From Amoeboradix gromovi X-113 (Eukaryota; Fungi; Sanchytriomycota): DNA of 10,940 nt. Position 1 is the stretch's first letter, and every line of letters starts with the position of its first letter. A model generated the notes under the pieces. It made no database searches, was not told the origin of the DNA, and saw only the letters and a program-made list of their open reading frames with translations. Of the stretch, positions 8,508 through 10,940 are shown piece by piece. Both the position numbers and the translations under genes were made by a program. The stretch spans positions 1-10,940 of the forward strand of contig JADGIF010000324.1 in assembly GCA_018985225.1 (NCBI GenBank), in the 5' to 3' direction.

Positions 8508-8657
8508 GGCTTAAAAGTGGCTTGCTAAACTTCAAAATCCATGAGACATGTGGGACATCCAACGACAAAGTGACTTCATCGAGTATGAAACAAATTGTTT
8601 GAAATTTTATTGGTTAATAAATTGTTGTAAAGAAATGGAACTATCCTATTTATATAC

Positions 8658-9862
8658 ATGATAAAAGGCAAGAAATGAAAAAAGAGTAGCGGGAATGATC
8701 ATCTTCAATCTTCCAAGAAACGTAAAGTAGAAGATGAAATAAAAACTCGTGTTAAATCCACCAAGCAGAAATTGAAGATCGCTAAGAAAGAGATTCGTCG
8801 GTATGTAGAGATTGCCCATACCATTAAATCTCAAATACTCTTGTTCATTAATTGGTTATTTGAGACAATCATTAAAAGAAGATTTCAAGGTCACTCAACA
8901 ATTATTGGTTCAAATACAGAAATGCTTTATGAAAGGCTGATCGTTTAATTACTTATCAAGCTAGAAGTATTTTAACGAACCTAACTGAATTCTATAGGAT
9001 GGATGATAATGTAAAGCATTATACAAGACGTATTCATTAACCATTATGGGGGTATTTACATAAATTATGGTATTGTGAATTCATTACTGAAATAGATGAT
9101 GAAGTGACCACATTATTGGATCAAAATCCTAATATTAAATATACATTCTTTATCATGAAAAAGAGAAAGTCAATTAATCCATTATTGAAACCTGTATTAG
9201 ATGAATTAAAGAAAGTAACAAGCCCATTAGATTATATTGGGTTTGTATATAAACATTTTGTAGTCTTGATGTATGAATATGGTCATTGTGATTATAGACA
9301 GTGGCGATTTAGAAGATATGGAATGAAGAAAAGACATTTATCAGTGGTCATTCAACATTTGCAAGAACGAGTTTACAAGACTGAAGATGTATTCTATCCA
9401 AGTAGTGTGGTTGAAGATCAAATTGAAGCGGATGATTTATTTAGAAAGAATGCTAAAACGAGAAAGAAGACCTTGAAGAAACAAAATAGGGTGAATAAGA
9501 AGGTATTGATTTATTGGGGAAATGGTGATTTTAGTCATACATTTTCTGGTAACCCAACTAGTTCTTCTCACCAAGCAAGAGAAATGCTGATGAATTATAA
9601 TGGAGGAATAGAACTTGTGATGACTAATGAAACAAACACTTCAAAAACGTGTATGATATGTGAACACGATTATACAATAGAACCAATTCCCTTTGGACGT
9701 TATCGATTGAGAGTTTGTACCAACTGCTCAAGAGCTAACAGAGCTTGCTATACTGAAAAGGATGTAGGAAGCAGCAAATATATTCGAAAGCGTGGGATTG
9801 AAAAGTATTATGAGGACACTAGACGGAGAATACCTGACGATTGGTTGGGGTCTTTTTCATAA
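8658..9862 (+). pseudogene. Disrupted Fanzor1-like (eukaryotic TnpB homolog) RNA-guided nuclease gene
   Basis: C-terminal frame: YRQWRFRRYGMKKR, VLIYWGNGDFS..FSG, RuvC-II NETNTSKTC (Glu 9629), CMIC/CTNC zinc finger, RuvC-III EKDVGSSKYI (Asp 9761). The same frame extends upstream past TAA 9038 to LITYQARSILTNL. A different frame from ATG 8658 reads MIKGKK*KKSSGNDHLQSSKKRKVEDE...EIRRYVEIAHTIKSQILLFINW. No RuvC-I DPG motif found. Confidence 0.88.
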
Positions 9863-9937
9863 AGTGTCTCACATCTTACGTCGTGAGAGCACATGCAAAA
9901 TTTATGAGAGCTGGACTGACAGGCATCAGTTTTAACG
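9863..9937 (+). ncRNA. Putative omega RNA scaffold / right end of the Fanzor1-like element
   Basis: Begins right after the stop codon. Hairpin GTGTCTCAC (9864-72)/GTGAGAGCAC (9883-92); hairpin GGACTGA-CAGGCA-TCAGTTT (9913-32); ends TTTTAACG like copies A and B. Confidence 0.6.
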
Positions 9938-10325
9938 ATTACTTAAATTTTTATCTATTTACTACGGCGTAATATGAATAAATCTGTCAGACCATACTTC
10001 ACAACGACGAACGTGTAAAGAATTAGCAACGAAAAGCACACAATATGCCCATGTAACTCCAAACCCCCAAAGTGTTGAATCTTTCCTAACCAATGACGAA
10101 AGACCAAGCTGTTAGGCAAAACTATAGCAGAACTATTTTGCCTAGTGTGTAGGGAATGAATATGGATGTGCTTTAACAAAGATTGGTCCGTTTTACTTGT
10201 CCAATAAGTTTTTGTTGCGCATTTTACTCGCAATGTCTTGGGACCAATCCAATCGTCAATTTATGATACTACCAATCAAAAGATATTCAGGCACTAATTT
10301 AAGCAAACCACACAATGATTCAGAA

Positions 10326-10862
10326 ATGTTAATGGTAACATGTATTTCAGCATTTCAAGCTTCAATTACAAAACCAGGAAAAGGGGAAACTTGGACTCGA
10401 GGGCAGTCATCCAATGCCGTAATTGAATGGGCTACAGGCGATACTCCTGTTACTCTACCCGCATCTTTTCCAAAAACTATAGACATTTGGTTTGCCGACA
10501 AAGATAAAAAGAAGATTTCTAAAATTACAGAGTACAACCCATCTACAAATGCAAGATGGGTTTTTGATTCCAAAAACGTTGTTCCTACAAGTGTACCAGA
10601 TGGCGATTACTATATACAGCTTGTAAACAGTCTTAAAAAAGATGATGTGGCCAACAGTCCTAATATGGTTACAATAAAAGGCGGAAAGAAGTTGAATACT
10701 ACAGATGATACTGCTAACCTACAACCTAATAGTAGCTCTTCGACTTCCGAAAGTAACACAACTTCATCTACTGCCAAGACTAAGAAAGCGATAGTTTCTA
10801 CCAGCATCGGTACGATTTATTCTGCTGCATTACTTGGTTTTATTGGGTTTATACTATATTAA
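10326..10862 (+). CDS. Secreted Kre9/Knh1-N-like Ig-fold, Ser/Thr-rich, probably GPI-anchored surface protein, 178 aa
   Basis: ATG 10326 gives a short leader, then ITKPGKGETWTRG...IEW, VP..VPDGDYYIQL, an S/T-rich stalk and a hydrophobic tail (track start 10197 is TTG). AATAAA overlaps the stop. Confidence 0.82.
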   Translation: MLMVTCISAFQASITKPGKGETWTRGQSSNAVIEWATGDTPVTLPASFPKTIDIWFADKDKKKISKITEYNPSTNARWVFDSKNVVPTSVPDGDYYIQLVNSLKKDDVANSPNMVTIKGGKKLNTTDDTANLQPNSSSSTSESNTTSSTAKTKKAIVSTSIGTIYSAALLGFIGFILY

Positions 10863-10940
10863 TAAATAGTTTTTGCATTTGTATGATCTTTAACCTAATT
10901 AAAGAGTCTAGAAAATCATGAAGTTACCTGAATCCAAAAA

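Noticed and set aside
8599-8630. TTGAAATTTTATT / TTAATAAATTGTT as left end of the Fanzor1-like element
   Set aside because: Only weak AT-rich resemblance to the family left end; two candidates and no second copy to test, so the left boundary is left undefined.
8646-8834. 62-aa hydrophobic minus-strand ORF
   Set aside because: Antisense of the Lys-rich Fanzor N-terminal fragment.
8970-8978. TTTTAACGA, identical to the right-end motif
   Set aside because: Lies inside the coding segment SILTN of the Fanzor remnant with no preceding hairpin. It shows the short motif can occur by chance, which tempers motif-only calls.
9955-10233. 92-aa minus-strand ORF
   Set aside because: Non-ATG start and no recognisable motif; unsupported, though a decayed gene cannot be excluded.
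10355-10807. Two short minus-strand ORFs
   Set aside because: Antisense shadows of the surface-protein gene.
1-10940. CRISPR array or Cas12 interpretation of the RuvC proteins
   Set aside because: No regularly spaced direct repeats or cas genes; eukaryotic context and small TnpB-type motifs fit Fanzor instead.

Overview
AT-rich, gene-dense, apparently intronless eukaryotic DNA, most consistent with a compact-genome fungus or relative (inference). Host genes: endopolyphosphatase Ppn1, a MAPEG/MGST3-like glutathione transferase, a small hypothetical protein, a secretory-pathway cyclophilin with a C-terminal membrane anchor, a Cys-rich multi-pass membrane protein and two paralogous Kre9/Knh1-N-like GPI-type surface proteins. 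The notable content is intergenic: several gaps hold remnants of eukaryotic TnpB-like (Fanzor/OMEGA) elements. One is a disrupted Fanzor1-like gene (8658-9862) with N-terminal NLS-like motifs, followed by a 75-nt two-hairpin putative omega RNA. At least three, possibly four, internally deleted copies of a small TnpB/Fanzor2-like family lie at 2759-3323, 5535-5945, ~7505-7830 (minus strand) and possibly 2196-2718. These copies share a TTGAAT..ATTT left end, and both families share a hairpin + TTTAACG right end. In the two best copies the nuclease ORF is decayed but the 3'-terminal ~50 nt are almost identical, which suggests non-autonomous guide-RNA ('ghost') loci. All alignments and folds were done by eye; no database search was run.
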